A stretch of 64,000 nucleotides of DNA from the human T2T-CHM13v2.0 reference genome, Homo sapiens. The DNA lies in the NCBI RefSeq assembly GCF_009914755.1, contig NC_060930.1, one strand, 5' to 3'. Position numbers and translations under genes: made by a program. A model generated the notes under the pieces. That model saw nothing but the letters and a program-made list of their open reading frames with translations. It was not told the origin of the DNA and did not search any database. Of this stretch, positions 13,483-29,862 are shown one piece after another. Every line of letters begins with the position of its first letter. Within the stretch, counting starts at the first letter, position 1.

Positions 13483-14765
13483 AACAGTTTGGCATTAGGA
13501 CTTTATTATCTAGCTTAGTAATTGTTTTAACAGATAAATAATAGTATCCCCTAAAGTTTAAAATGCAGAACCAGATTATGCCTCAGGGTGCCTAACCTGA
13601 GAGGAAGAGTCTTTCTTCAACAGACTCTGGGAAAGACCTTTGTAAAAAGGCTGGTGACCATTCTATTTGATTTCTACTTTCCAATATTAACTGCTTAAGT
13701 CAGACAATCTCCTTGGCCCACGCTTTCCCCTGCCATTCTCCCCTTCACATAATGTCTTCATTTTATTTTTCCCTTGTTTTATTCCCTGAACTCCCTTCTC
13801 TCTATTCAGATTCCCTGCCCATTTTTTCTCCTAATGAGACGCCTGACTTCCTACCTCCTTTTTGAAACTTCAAACTGCTTAGCAAATACAATTTTGAATT
13901 GAGTTTGCTGTCACAGAACAAAAACTAGTCCTTGGTCCAGAGTATCTTGCAGGACTGAATCAACTGTGGTCTAAGACACAATAATAACTCTTAATTATTT
14001 TCTTGTTTCCTTCATGGTATATTTGTTGCTGGATGATGAGTTTATATTATGGTTGAATTTCCTTTTTGAAATGAAAAGATGAATAGTCTTTATTGGCTGG
14101 GTATCTATTTTTATCCAGAAGACTTTGCAAATGAGAAATATTTCTACAATCTGAGTTTAATTTGCTTAAGCAATGAACTTGTTCTTTAAAAGTCGTATAT
14201 GTGCAAAATAAATTTAAATTAAATAAATCATATTTTAATGTAGTCAGGGTAGCTTTCATTTAAATAAAACCTATGACAAATATCCACGTGAAGTTATCAC
14301 TCCTTTAACAAAACAAGTGTTCTCCTTTTTTATTGAAATACTAGTTTTCACAAATTGAGATTCCTTAATGTGATGACCGCTTGGACTGACTATAGTATAG
14401 CTGCGTTCTTAGAATGGCCCTGAAACCACAAGGCCTCTCCAAGATGCATGTGGCTGACTTTCTGAGGTGACTGCATTGAATCTTTCTGGCTTAGCTTATT
14501 CTGCATCCAGATCCCTGGAAGCTATTTATCCCCAAACAGTGGTATATTTAGACCCATTGTGTGCTAACCTCTCTGTGCCCTAAGTACCAACATAGCCAAG
14601 CCAAAGTTCGAACTTTGCTGCCTTACAATGGAGGTTACATCGTAGTGATGAAAGAGGTTAATTTTCTTTAGGAGTTGAAGACCAGAGAACTGCAAAAAGG
14701 GGAGAAAATCAGTGTGGCCTCTAATGAGAGCTAAGTGAGTGAGGCAATAGAAAACAGTGAGGACC

Positions 14766-15110
<345 letters not shown>

Positions 15111-16620
15111 CTATTTCCTATATAACTCCCTCTGTAACCGATAACTTTCTAGAGAAAGCTCACTGAATATATTTGAAATTTGTTTCATACCACTTTTATG
15201 TTATTGCCTTCTTTCACAGGAACCAGAGAGCTCTAACCTGTAGATTTGCTTTGTTGTCTTTACTTTAGACTACAGCCTAAACTGACTGTTGATTTTTGGC
15301 ACAATTATTACATCTCTCCTTTCACCCCGCCTCTAGCCCTTTCTTAATTACCCCCATTAGGCATTTTTCTTGCTAGCGTGAACTAAATCCCCTGTCTCAA
15401 GCACGCGCCTGTACATTGAAATAGAATGTTAATTCATTGACGAAATTAACTGTTCTTGATTGGGAACCCCTAGTTCCAGGGAATCTTAAGGTTTCAATTC
15501 TGTTGCCTTGGTTACTAAACTGTTCCATGCAGTTTGCTCAACTTTGAATGGATACTTCTCTTAGGAACATTCTCCCTTGTAAGTAAATTGCTTGACGTGT
15601 TAAAATCTAAGTTCTGTTTTACAATTCTTGAGACAAATTCACCATGATTTAGTTTTAAAAACAAGTGGCCTTGTCCTTTTAGTCTAGGATTTATCACTTA
15701 GCTGTATCTAGCAAAGCCCCTCACACAATAGTAGGAAAAAGCAGAAGTGTGATTGCTAAATGAAGGGGAAATGTAATAAAATGATGGAAGTGCCCTTTTT
15801 TAGGGGGAATTAAAGTTTCTCTTTGTAGTGTTACATGTATTCATTATGTGACTTTCATAAATACAAACCCCAATAAAACGGTGGGCAGTTCCGTCTCTGG
15901 AGATGTTAAGTGTCTCTTCATAGAATAACATGGCACATCATAACATTTGATTCCTTTTACCTGGTCAAGATGTTTGCTTATGGCATTTGAAATGCATATT
16001 TTCAAACTAGGTAGATGAATGGTTTAAATATAAAAATTCATTCAAGGCCCTGAGCTATAGAAGAATATCTTCCAAAACATGCATTCAAGTTCTATCTGTC
16101 AGTGTTTTTCTTTTTGCATCAATAAGGCAGCAATGGAATACAATCAGATTTATTTTTTCTTTATTGCTGTCTACAATTCAGAGATATAACCTGAAAAATA
16201 TGTTGTCTCTTCCCAAGTAGATCTTGTAATTCTCTGAACTGTGATCCAGACCAATGCCGCCTTTACATTGGGTCTGTGGAAGTGGGAGGGTCCACTGAAC
16301 CTGGTTATGAGAGGTTTCAAATTGAAAAGATTTACAAGTATGTAAATAAAATCAAATAGTCAATTAGTATCTAACATATACATGTCAAAACACATAGCCC
16401 CAATCTCATAAAATCAAAGAGATCTACCTAAATAGATTTGTTTGCCTAACAAATAGCAAGACCACTTTGACAGAATCTTTAGCATGACAGTGATTGTCAA
16501 AATGGGTAAATGGTTATTATTGCCCAGTTAAGTAATTTCTGATTTGCTTTGCCTTGATTACTCTTAATAAACTAAACTTAACATACCATAGAAGCAATAT
16601 TTTTTAAAAAGAGGGTATAT

Positions 16621-16742
16621 TCTAGAGCTAGATAGGGTGTTGTGCAGCAATGTGAATGTACTTACTACCATTAAACTGCATACATAAAAAGGGTTGAAAT
16701 GGTAAATTTTATGTTATATACATTTTACCAAAATAAAGAAAA
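16621..16742 (+). mobile_element. L1M 3'-end fragment
   Basis: aatgtgaatgtactta...aaatggtaaattttatgttatata...aataaa. Confidence 0.7.
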
Positions 16743-17052
16743 GTTATAATACTTTCCGTAGCATATATAAAAAAGAAACAGACATTTCATAGCAAAAATA
16801 GGATAAAAATGATATTAAATTCATAGGGGATTTCTCTTATCTAAAACTTTAGATTTGATTCTTAGATAAGAATATAAACACATTGCAAGAAGATAAATCA
16901 ATAAGCCAATGAAGTAAGGTGGAATAAATAAATAGAAATAGGTGATACTTGCGGCTCTGACAGCATCTGATAATAATAGTACAAACAGTTTCATTTCATT
17001 TAACAGTTATTTGATGAACTCCTGTGTGCTAGGAACTGTTATTTAAAAAAAG

Positions 17053-17612
17053 TAACTTTTATTTTAGGTTCAGGGGTACATGTGCAAGTTTGTTATATAG
17101 GTAAACTCATGACTCGGGGCTTGGTACACAGATTATTTTGTCACCCAGGTACTAAGCATAGTACCCAACAGTATTTTTTTTTCCGAACCTCTCCTCCTCT
17201 CACCCTCCCTCACGTAGGCCCAGTGTCTGTTGCTCCCCTCTTTTTGTCCATGTGTTCTCATTATTTAGCTCCTACTTATAAGTGAGAATATGCATTATCA
17301 GGTTTTCTGCTTCTGTGTCAGTTTGCTAAGGATAATGGTCTCCAATTCCATCCATGTTCCTGAAAAGGACATGATCTCTTTCTTTGTTTTTATGGCTGCA
17401 GTGTATTCCATGGTGTATATGTACCACATTTTCTTCATCCAGTCTACCATTGGTGGACATTTAGGTTGATTCCATGTCTTTACTATTGTGAATAGTGCTG
17501 TAATGAACATACGCGTTCATGTGTCTTTATGGTAGAACGATATATAATCCTTTGAGTATATACCCAGTAGTGGGATTCCTTGGTTGAATGGTAGTTCTGT
17601 TTTTAGTTCTTT
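17053..17612 (-). mobile_element. L1PA (older, PA13-16-like) 3' end
   Basis: Minus ORF 17298-17510 matches the ORF2 C-terminus (KTWNQPKCP...MELETIILSKLTQ); L1 3'UTR present. Confidence 0.9.
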
Positions 17613-18112
17613 TAGTTCTGTGTGTGAAAACACACCAGAGAACAAAATTGACCAGATCTCTGCCTTCACAGAACGTTCATTCTACTGTACCAGTTATTTC
17701 ATGAGGAATATGAATACTGTTATTACTCTCTGCCCATTTCACACATGAAGGAGCAGAAATGGAGCAGAGTTTACTAATTTATCTGTTGCAGATAGTAGCT
17801 AATTGTGTGCCAGGTGCTGTTCCAAGCATTTTACCCCTGTTAACTCAGCTGAGTGCTTTTATTTTCCCCATTGTATGCCCAACTTATGGATGACAGCACT
17901 GAGGTAGAGAAAGGTTAATAACATAGAATAGTTTAGTATTAGGGAAACAATTTGAATTCTAGGACACTTTTACTGAAACTTAGCATAGGCTAAAGAAGTG
18001 ATCGTGCATGTTTAAAGAGTTGTATCATTTTATCATTATTTGACTTTCTTTTCCAAAAAAAACAACCCTTCTCCTTTCTCTCTCTTCCATGTGACAAATA
18101 CATGTCTGTATA

Positions 18113-18488
<376 letters not shown>

Positions 18489-19642
18489 ACATGCCTGTAT
18501 ATTACAGCCGTTGAAGGACACAACTTTTGCCATTGGGCGACCCAGTCCCCTAGTAAGTGTTCAAAAATATTCGCTATTATCATTGTTGGTGATTTCGAGG
18601 ATTTGGATATAATTAATTTGAGCCTAATTTTTTAAGACTATTACATAACTATACAAAAAAATCATGAGAGAGCCTGGAATTTTGCAAAACTAGGATAGAA
18701 ACCAGTTTCTAAAAAGCATTTTAAACATTCAGCTTGTGTATTTCTTTTCACTTGTATTTTGTGATCTGCCTCCATGCTTTCATGCCTTTCTCTTCAAACA
18801 ATCTTATTACCACTAACCAAAAACAATTAAAATTTGATTGTTTTGTTTTGTTTTTACATGTTGTTACAGTTAAGAAAAAAAAATTCTAGGTATTGACCCC
18901 TGCCAGTTTTCGGAGTTAATATTAACTAGTGATTTGGGGCTACATTTAAGTGCTTTAAGCTATCCTACAAGCTTAAAGTAGTATACATGCAAATACTTAA
19001 ATGAATTAGGTACAAGAATACAGAGGTAAGAAATAGAATCTATTGTAGAATAAATCCTATTTCAAATGTGACTGTTTTAGGATTTGAATCAACCACATAT
19101 TACAGAAAACCCCAAGATAAAGCCTTGGCATAACCAAGACAAAGTTTATTTTTTTCTCTCACATAAAATTAGTCCAGACTTATTTTACCAGTGGTATGGC
19201 AACTCCACAGTCAAAGGGACCCAAGCTCATCTGACCTTCGATTCCCTTATCCTGGGACAGGCTTACATTCTCAAGGTCGACTCCTGGCCTAATGGGGCTA
19301 CTGGAGCTTCAGCCATCACACTCTGTGCTTCCTGTTATATCTACTGGTCAGAACTTCAGATACATCTGTCTAAAAGGAACGCTGAAAATACAATCTTTAA
19401 GCTGTGCAATTGTACCTGGAATAAATGAGTTCTTTTAATAAAAAGAGTTGAATGGATATTTGGTGGGCAAATAGCAGTCCATGCTACAATAATAAACTTC
19501 ACAATTTTAGAATTAGATATCTTGTAATGAATATTCTGACGTGGTGTCAACTTATACCATAGATAGATTATAACTTTGAAAAGGAATTAGAACACAATAA
19601 TAATAAATTCACACTAAGGCTCTTTTGGGGAAAAAAAATCTC

Positions 19643-19780
19643 TACCATTTATTGAGTGTTTATTATCTTCACAACATCCCTATGAGTTAGGGACTATTTT
19701 TGTGGACATTTTACAGATAAAGAAACAGAGGCATTGAGATGATAACTAGCTTGACTAAGGAGTGGCGGAGCTCTGGGCAG
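19643..19780 (-). mobile_element. MIR
   Basis: Core cattttacagataaagaaacagaggc. Confidence 0.7.
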
Positions 19781-20288
19781 TGTGGTTCCTGTGTGCCCAT
19801 AAGGCCATTGCACAATGCTGCTTCATCATGTAATTCAGAAAGTATTCCAGGATGTGGCAGTTGGTCATCATGAATGTTCATTGTTATCTTGTGGCTTTGT
19901 GAAAAATTCTGGTCATTCAAACGATTTGACTGTTGAGATTCTGTGCACATGAGATTGTACTGTGTACATGTTTCTAAAAATGTATGTTATAGATCAAAAT
20001 GCACACACTCATTTACCTCTAAGAACAGTTCTTATATTGAAGGGAAATTATCTGTACATGAGAGAACAACGTGGTTTTGAGTACAAGTGGTGAACAGACA
20101 TTGAATAGTTGTTTTCAGAAAGCATCACTCCCCTGTACCTCAGAACCCAGCCTCAGTGCTGGTTGCGAGCCAACAGCTTTGATGTCCTGAAGTTTTTGCA
20201 TCACTTCTCTTTTGCCCCTCTTTGGGATTCAAAGATGATAAGTTTGAAGTGGAGTTCTACCGCTTCCATTGGAAGAGAAAAAGTTTCC

Positions 20289-20320
20289 GTGTGTGTGTGT
20301 GTGTGTGTGCGTGTGTGTGT
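20289..20320. repeat. (GT)n microsatellite, one interruption
   Basis: gtgtgt...gcgtgtgtgtgt. Confidence 0.95.
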
Positions 20321-21479
20321 TTACGGAGAGGAGTTCTATGCATCTGCAGAGGGTGCTGCCATCAACAAGGAGAACAGAGTGGGATGAAGGGTTTGGGAAG
20401 CCAGGATGGGCATCTCTGACGAGCTCCAGAACTCTCCACCTAAGTGTGCAAGTGTAAACACTCCCTGATGTGTGAACTGGCCATCTCAAGACTAAGTATT
20501 TAGCAGGAAATGCCCCCTATTCAACCCTTGCCTTCTCAGGTGTAGAGGTTGGGTTGTCTCTTCCATCTTTGTTTGAATTATGTCATTAATCAACCTTAGT
20601 GAAAGATCACTTAGTCATTTGTGACAGCATAAGTTCTTAATTGTTAGGAATCACTGGTGCGGCACACATCTTTTTCTATCCATGAACAACGTCAAATGCT
20701 TATTTTCTCATGAGCTTTTATTTTTTCCTTTTAAAAAAAGTTTCTTAGGATAAACACAGCCTTTTTCCTTGTCTCTCCCTTGCCCTCTCATCTTTTTCTC
20801 AATCTTTATATTCCTATATGTCACTGAAGAGTCCCCGTGCCAACGCTGTGCAGTGGGAGGCTCCTACCTCCACCAGCTTTTGAGGAGGTTGTAGTCCTGC
20901 AACCTTAGAGGTTCCACAGCCAAGCTGGGGGTCTTTCTGGAGCATGGGTGGTGAATCTGAGATCTATGCACCCAGGAAGCCTGACACATTATTGTGGTGT
21001 CTCAATTCTTTTTTTTTTAATTAGAAAAATTGTATCAAATTGCATTGGGTGAGAGCAAAAATAAACTGAAGTTGGTTGAGCTTTGGAAGACTACAAGCCA
21101 CTGTAATATTTAAGATTTCTTGACCTCCAGAACTAACATTTGTCCTGTCAGAGAAAATAATTACTCCTGTTGAGAATACATGCATTAAAGTAAGATGTTC
21201 ACTACTCTATATGATCACCAAACATTAAATAATATGTTTTACACATGTATGTACTATGTGTTCAAGTGTTTATAAATCCATGGAGCCAATAGAATGTAAG
21301 TTCTATGAGGGCAGAAATTTTAATCCATTTTGTTCCTAGAACAGTTCCTGACACATACTGGTGTTAGGGGTAGGTCTTCAGATTTTATGGATCAAATGGA
21401 ATCTCCACACTTAAAAAAACTTAGAGAAAAACTGCCTTAATGTGCCCATAGTCTGGTTGGAAATGGCAGCTCCAGGTTC

Positions 21480-23410
21480 ATTGATTGCTTTGTTCATTCG
21501 GCACTTTTCACTGGACATGCTATGAGCCCAGCAGTGTTCTGGGTTTTTGGGATACACCAAGCCCTGCCTCCCCGGTGCTTAACATTCTAGTGGGGGAGAC
21601 AGAAAGAAAGCAAACATGGTGGACAACTTAATTATCTATTTTTGAAAGTTGACAGGAACTGTGGACAAAAGAAAACAAGAGCTGGAGACAGCAGTGCCAG
21701 GGCAGGGTGAGGGTCAAGTTAGAGTAAGCCTCATTGAGAGATCTTTTGAGCAACACCTGAAGGGGGAGGTGAGAAAGTTAGCCATGTGGAGGGAACAGCA
21801 TTCCAGGCAAGTGGCCCACCAAGTGCAGAGTCCTGACAGCAAGAGCAGTTCTGGAATATTCTAGAAACAGGAAGAAGACCAATGTGACTAGAGCAGAGTG
21901 AGGCAGGAGTGAGAGAAAATGTGATCAGGAAAGTAAGGTCCTGTGGCCACTAAGATTTTGGCTTTTATTCTGAAGGAAATGAGGACTCATTGCAGGACTT
22001 TGAGAGCATGATCTGACTTGTCACAAGTGTTCTCTTTGTCTACTGGGTTGAGAAGACATCCAAAGGGGGCCAAAGATTGAGGCAGGGAGAGCAGCTAGGA
22101 CAGGCTCTAGCAATCTAGGTGATAAATGAGGACCGATGGTGGCTCTGACAAGGGTGGTAATGGAGACATGGTGAGGAGTGACCACATTTCAAATATATCT
22201 TGAGGTAGAGCTGACAGGATTTTCCCGATGGGCTGGGCGTAGTATGTGAGAGAAAGAATTCAGTTATGGATGATTATTTTGTCCTGAACAATGATAAAAG
22301 TTGAGTCAACAACTGATATGGGGAAGTCTACAGGTGGAACAAGTTTTTGAGGAGGAAATCAGTTCAGTGTTGGCTATGTTGAATTTGAGATGTTTTTAGA
22401 CCATCTGAGTGGAGAAATCTGGAGTTTAGGAGAGAGGCTGGACTTGATATGATGTTATGGGTCCTCAGCATAGAGATGATGAATGGGATTAGCAAAGTAG
22501 TGAGCGTAAAAAGGAAAGGGAAGGAGACCAAAGATTGAGCCTTGGGACAGTCAGAAAGAAGAGAGGGAACCCGCAAAGGAGATTGAAATGGAATCCATCT
22601 CACTGTGGCATCGTGAAAGACAAATGAAGATGGTATAAGATGAAAAAGTGATCAGCTGTATCAAATGCTGCTATTGGGTCAAGTAGGGTGAGAATTGATA
22701 ATTTTCCATCTTGTCAAGAGCAGCCATGATAGAGGGAGGGGGTGGAGATATACTTGGAATGAGTTCATGAAAAAATGGGAGGGAAGGGATTAGAAGCAGC
22801 AAGTATAAGCAGCTCTTTCAAAGGAGGGAGATGGGGAATGGCTACTGGGATGCCATCACATAGATAGGAAGGTGGAACCCTGTGCACTGGAGGAGGGAGT
22901 GTCCTCACAGAGGAGGACAGGCAGGAAGGTAGAGTGGGCTGCTTTGGGCACATGTGGTTCTGTGGATGTTCTCTTTTGACAGCTTCAGTTCTTCAGGGAA
23001 TTGGGAGCAAGTTCATCAGCTGAGAGTGAACATGGGGCAGACAGTGTGAGAGGTCAAAGCGGCAAGAGTAGTTGTGCCACAGTCTTTTAGGAGAGAGGGA
23101 AAGTAAATGGAATGGGGAAGGAAAGTAAATAGCATGGCTGCTGAGCTGCGTTACAAGCCCACCCGGTGTTGGGTTGTGAGGTGTAGTTGTGGGCTCTTCT
23201 TCAGTCGGATTGTCAGCATGGGCAGCTGGCAGAGAGTTGAATCTGACAGGGCAGCAGTTCTGGAAAATGAGTATGATGAGTCAAGAAAGGGACCAGGAAG
23301 TGGAAACTGTGTGTGAGGCAGTGATGCTGATGAATGACTGTGGAAAACAATGGAGGTGAGGAGGGAGTGGATGTTGAGTGGCTAGGGGACAGTGAAAAGG
23401 GAGTAGGATC
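21480..23410 (-). mobile_element. L2 LINE, long degenerate fragment
   Basis: Typical antisense L2 motifs (ttggcttttattctga...gagcatgatctgactt; gttcagtgttggctatgttgaatttgagatg), purine-rich on +. Confidence 0.8.
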
Positions 23411-24809
23411 CACTAGCTTGCTGCTTGTCTCTTATAATTAGGATCAAGAGCTTCTGCCATCTTCTAGGCATTCTGCTGCTTCAAGGGAGTCTCTGAGATT
23501 GGGTTCTGCATGGATGTATTGAAACATGCACCTAGGTGTGTTTGGAGTCCTGCCAGAGACCTGCTTTCTCTTTATTCTTATCCTGAGGCCCTTTAGGAGG
23601 CTCAGATGGAATAATTTTTATGGTTTCTTAAAACCCAAGTGGGTTACCTAAGCCATCCTAGTTCTGCCCCCTGTTCCCTGAGAGGACCACGGGAGCACCC
23701 TGAAATGGGTTTTCCACTCTGCCATCCCCCACTTGCCTGCTTGGGTGTTGACCTCAGCCATCTACACATATCCCGGATGTAGTGTTGGGCCCCTGGTTGA
23801 TGTCATTCCTTTTCAAATGGGATCTTTTACTACAGCAATCCAGCAACAAACTAAATAGCGATAGAGTTTTCTTTCCCTTACAAACCACAACCACAACCAA
23901 GGGAAAAACCAAACCAAACCAACCAAACAAACAAAACAAAAGTATGTGGCTTCTTACCACAGCCCCCTATCTCGCCCAAGCCTTGTGGCTCTTTGATCTC
24001 TGGTGTTCTGAAATTGCGTAATCATGTGCTTGCTCTTTTTCATTCATTGTGCTGGGCACACACTTAATGGACCCTTTCAAGTTGGTTTTCTTTTATGGGG
24101 TAAGGGTAGGCAGGACTATTTTTTAAGATTTCTTCCACTTTGTCTTCCAATTGTTCTAATGAGTTTTTTAAAATTGTGCCTGTCCTGTTTTTAAATTCCA
24201 AGAGATATTCTTTGTCCTCTAAATGTTTCTTATAAATATATATAAAATGAATAATATAAGCATATAGTTTTGCATAGATTTGAGTTCGCTGTTACAGTGT
24301 CCTTTTATTTCTCTGAGGATATTCATTATAGGTTTTTTAAAAAACACTTTTTCTGGTCCCCAAATTATCTCTTCTCTCTAGACTTCCTCCATTCATGCCT
24401 TCCTTCCCCCCTCCCTCCCTTCCTTTGCTCTTGCTCTTGATTTTGGAGGCTTGTCATAAATATTTGACCATCCATTCATTTTTTAACCATAACGAACTAA
24501 AAATGTTAATTGGAGCCCTGTGTGTTCCTTGAGCAGAATGTTTGGATTAATGAGCTTCCGTGCAATGTTTTCTCTGGAATGGATTAATTTCTCCAGATCT
24601 ATAATTTTTCAATCTCTTTCCAGGGGGTAAAAGCCTGATTGTCTGTTTCATGAAAGTAAAAATGTGGGTAAGAGTGATCCCAGCATTCAGAATGCAGACT
24701 TAGTAGCTGCTTGTTTTCAGTCCTGGGACTTCACCCACCCTCACCACAGTTGGTATCCCAAAGTGTGAAACTCCTTAGATTATCTTTCTCAAGAAAATGA
24801 AACTCAGAT

Positions 24810-26255
<1,446 letters not shown>

Positions 26256-26942
26256 CCTATTTTCTTAATCACGCGATATATACAGGCTTGTTGAAAAACA
26301 TGAAAATGGTAAAGAAGTTTATGTATTAAGAGGCAAAAGCTATGATGTTCAACTCCTCTAAAACCACTTCTTAGTAGGTGAACATTGTTAAACAGTTTTG
26401 TGAATCTGCTTCCAGATTTTTTCTAGGCATGTTCATACACATATACACACATAATTTATTTTTACCCAGTTGCGATCATGTATCATCTGATCCAAAACTC
26501 GCTATTTTTCAGTTAATATGCAGTGACTGTCTTTCCAAACCATAGTATATATATATATCTCTAAGAATTTTTCAAATCTGCTATAGTTTTTAAACATATT
26601 TATTGTTACATACATATGTGTATAAGTTACTTATTTGCTTATTTCTTTGAATATCTTTGTCTAGCTTTGGAATCACATAAATAATGAGTACAAATGGTAA
26701 ACAAATTTCATGTGGAAGGATATATAGAAAAAGTACAAGTCTCTCTTCTCATCCACTCTATCTCATTACCTAAAAGGTTATCCTTAGAGCTTTATATAAT
26801 ACACCCCTGAAGTTTAGATCATTTTATTGCCTCCCAATTGTTGAGAGTAAGGAATTTAGTACATATACCTTTCCTTTCACTTTCCTACCCTCTACCTACT
26901 TAATGAGTTCGATTATAGTTTTTCAGTTCACCCACTGTTAAA

Positions 26943-26997
26943 TAATATACCTATATTTATAATATACCTATATAATATACCTATAATAAACCTATAT
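26943..26997. repeat. Short AT-rich tandem repeat (taatatacctata)n, ~4 copies
   Basis: Direct inspection. Confidence 0.8.
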
Positions 26998-28502
26998 TTT
27001 TGACTTATCAACTTTGGACATATCTATTGGTGACTTGTGATGAGAGATGAAATAATTTGTACATTTACCCTTCTTTTCCATTCTTTTCCCCTACCCATTC
27101 TCCCCTTTTTGGCTAAATGATTGCTTTTAGGTTGATAAGGTTTATAATAGCTACTGTTCTGTGGTTAATAAAATTTGTTTCATATTTTATGTGAAATTTG
27201 ATTATACAACTAGCATTCAAAACATTATTATGTAAATATTAGTTACTGTAATCACACAGTGACGCTCAAGGAGGTATTTACTAAGCATACAGATCATTCC
27301 TTCTGGATCCAACTCAGCAGTCCTTTGCTGTGCCTTACCTCATCTTTCGTGGATTCCTTTTCTTTTGATTGCAATATATCCTTGAGTAATTTTTCAGAAT
27401 CGATATGTACTGTCTGAACTCTCTTATACCCAAAAAATTTGCTTTCACATTTGCTAATAGTTTGACAGAGTATAAAATTCTGCTTTCAAATTCTTTCCCC
27501 TTCATGGCTTTGAAGATACTGCCCCACTATATATTCTAAAATCCACTGCTGCTAATGAGAAATTCTGGTGTCAGTCTGACTCTTATTTCTTTCATATCAC
27601 TTGGCATTTTCTTCCGAGAAAATATTACTTATCTTCAGAATGATGAACCTTCTCTATCATGTCTCTAGGTGTTAGGGCTTCTTTCATTTAATCCTGTAGG
27701 TCCTCAATAGGCTTTTTAATTAAAGTCTCATTTTATTCGGGCTCTGTGAAATTTTTTGTTATGTTTTGGCTTCTTTTTCTCTTTTGTTGTCTCTCTTTTC
27801 TCCTTGAATGTCTTTCTGATAGATATAGCATTCCCATTATCTATCATGTCTTTCAGATTATCCTACATTTTTCTCTTTGTTTTCTTTTTCTACCATGTTT
27901 AGAATTCTCTTACACGTAAGACATCACTTACTAGATCTTCAGTCATATCCTTTTTATTATTCAGTCTGTGCATTTTTAATTTTCAATTTTGGCAACCACA
28001 TTTTTAATTTCTAAGAATCTATTTTGCTAATAGTACTTTTGTCCTGAAACTTTTTATATCCTGCAATATTTAGAAAGAGCACACCCTTATCCACAGCTGA
28101 TTAGGAGTACACTCTGAATGCAGGGCACGATGGGCGAACATTTTGTTACTGGCCTCCTCAAGCCTCAATGCCCAGAAGTTATTGCCTCCATCAGAAACCC
28201 TTCTTTTGTTCTATCTCTCACTTCCAAATGAAGTTCCAGCTTAATTTTTGCTGTCACTGTAGTGGGACAAGCAAATCCCTATTTCACGTGATCATTGCTC
28301 AAACCTCTATTGACAATCCTGCTTTGCATTCCCTTATTTAGAGTGGGATGGAAAATAAAGGCTATGAAGGGGGAAGAATCTGATCCCACCATTCTCCTTT
28401 TTCATTGCAGTTTTCTCCTGTTTTATGGATGCAATAAGCTGTTGCAATCTCTCAGGATGGAAAAGAACATTTTAAAACTACTCTACTGCCAGAATGATCT
28501 CT

Positions 28503-29862
28503 TTTTTTTAATTATACTGTAAGTTCTGGGATACATGTGCAGAACATGCAGGTTTGTTACATAGGTATATACGTGCCATGGTGGTTTGCTGCACCCACCA
28601 ACCCATCATTTACATTAGGTATTTCTCCTAAATGCTATCCTTCGCCTAGCCCCTCACCCCTTGACAGGTCCCAGTGTGTGATGTTTCCCTCCCTGTGTCC
28701 ATGTGTTCTCATTATTCAACTCCCCCTTATGAGTGAGAACATGTGGTGTTTGGTTTTCTCTTCCTGAGTTAGTTTGCTGAGAATGATGGTTTCCAACTTC
28801 ATCCATGTCCCTGCAAAGGACATGAGCTCATCCTTTTTTATAGCTGCATAGTATTCCATTGTGTATATGTGCCACATTTTCTTTATCCAGTCTGTCATTG
28901 ATGGGCATTTGGGTTGGTTCCAAGTCTTTGCTATTGTGAATAGTGCCACAATAAACATACGTGTTCATGTGTCTTTATAGTAGAATGATTTATAATCCTT
29001 TGGGTATATACCCAGTAATGGGATTGCTGGGTCAAATGGTATTTCTGGTTCTAGATCCTTGAAGAATCACCACGCTGTCTTCCACAATGGTTGACTAATT
29101 TACACTCCCACCAACAGTGTAAAGGCATTCCTATTTCTCCACATCCTCTCCAGCATCTGTTGTTTCCTGACTTTTTAATGATTGCCATTCTAACTGGCAT
29201 AAGATGGTATGTCGTTCTGGTTTTGATTTGCATTTCTCTAATGATCAGGGATGATCAGCTTTTTTTCATATGTTTGTTGGCCTCACAAATGTCTTCTTTT
29301 GAGAAGTGTCTGTTCATATCCTTCGCCCACTTTTTGATGGGGTTGTTTTTTTTTCTTGTAAATTTGTTTAAGTACCAAAAACAGATACATAGACTGATGG
29401 AACAGAACAGAGGCCTCAGAAATAACACCACACACCTACAACCATCTGATCTTTGACAAACCGGACAAAAACAAGAAATGGGGAAAGGATTCCCTATTTA
29501 ATAAATGGTGTTGGGAAAACTGACTAGCCATATGCAGAAAACTGAAACTGGACCCCTTCCTTACACCTTACACAAAAATTAACTCAAGATGGATTAAAGA
29601 CTTAAATGTAAGACCTAAAACCATAAAAACCCTAGAAGAAAACCTAGGCAGTACAATTCAGGACACAGGCATGGGCAAATACTTCATGACTAAAATACCA
29701 AAAAGCAATGGCAACAAAAGTCAAAATTGACAAATGGGATCTAATTAAACTAAAGAGCTTTTGCACAGCAAAAGAAACCATCATCAGGGTGAACAGGCAA
29801 CCTACAGAATGGGAGAAAATTTTTGCAATCTATCCGTCTGACAAATGGCTAATATCCAGAAT
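28503..29862 (-). mobile_element. 5'-truncated L1PA (PA7/8-like) with 5' inversion: 28503-29373 minus, 29372-29862 plus
   Basis: ORF2 C-terminal ORFs on both strands; 14-bp TSD ccagaatgatctct at 28489-28502 and 29856-29869. Confidence 0.95.

Noticed and set aside
19081-19133. Further acceptor-plus-short-ORF candidates (also 28411, 12584, 62452)
   Set aside because: No convincing paired donor or poly(A) signal; they show that isoform-length matches arise by chance
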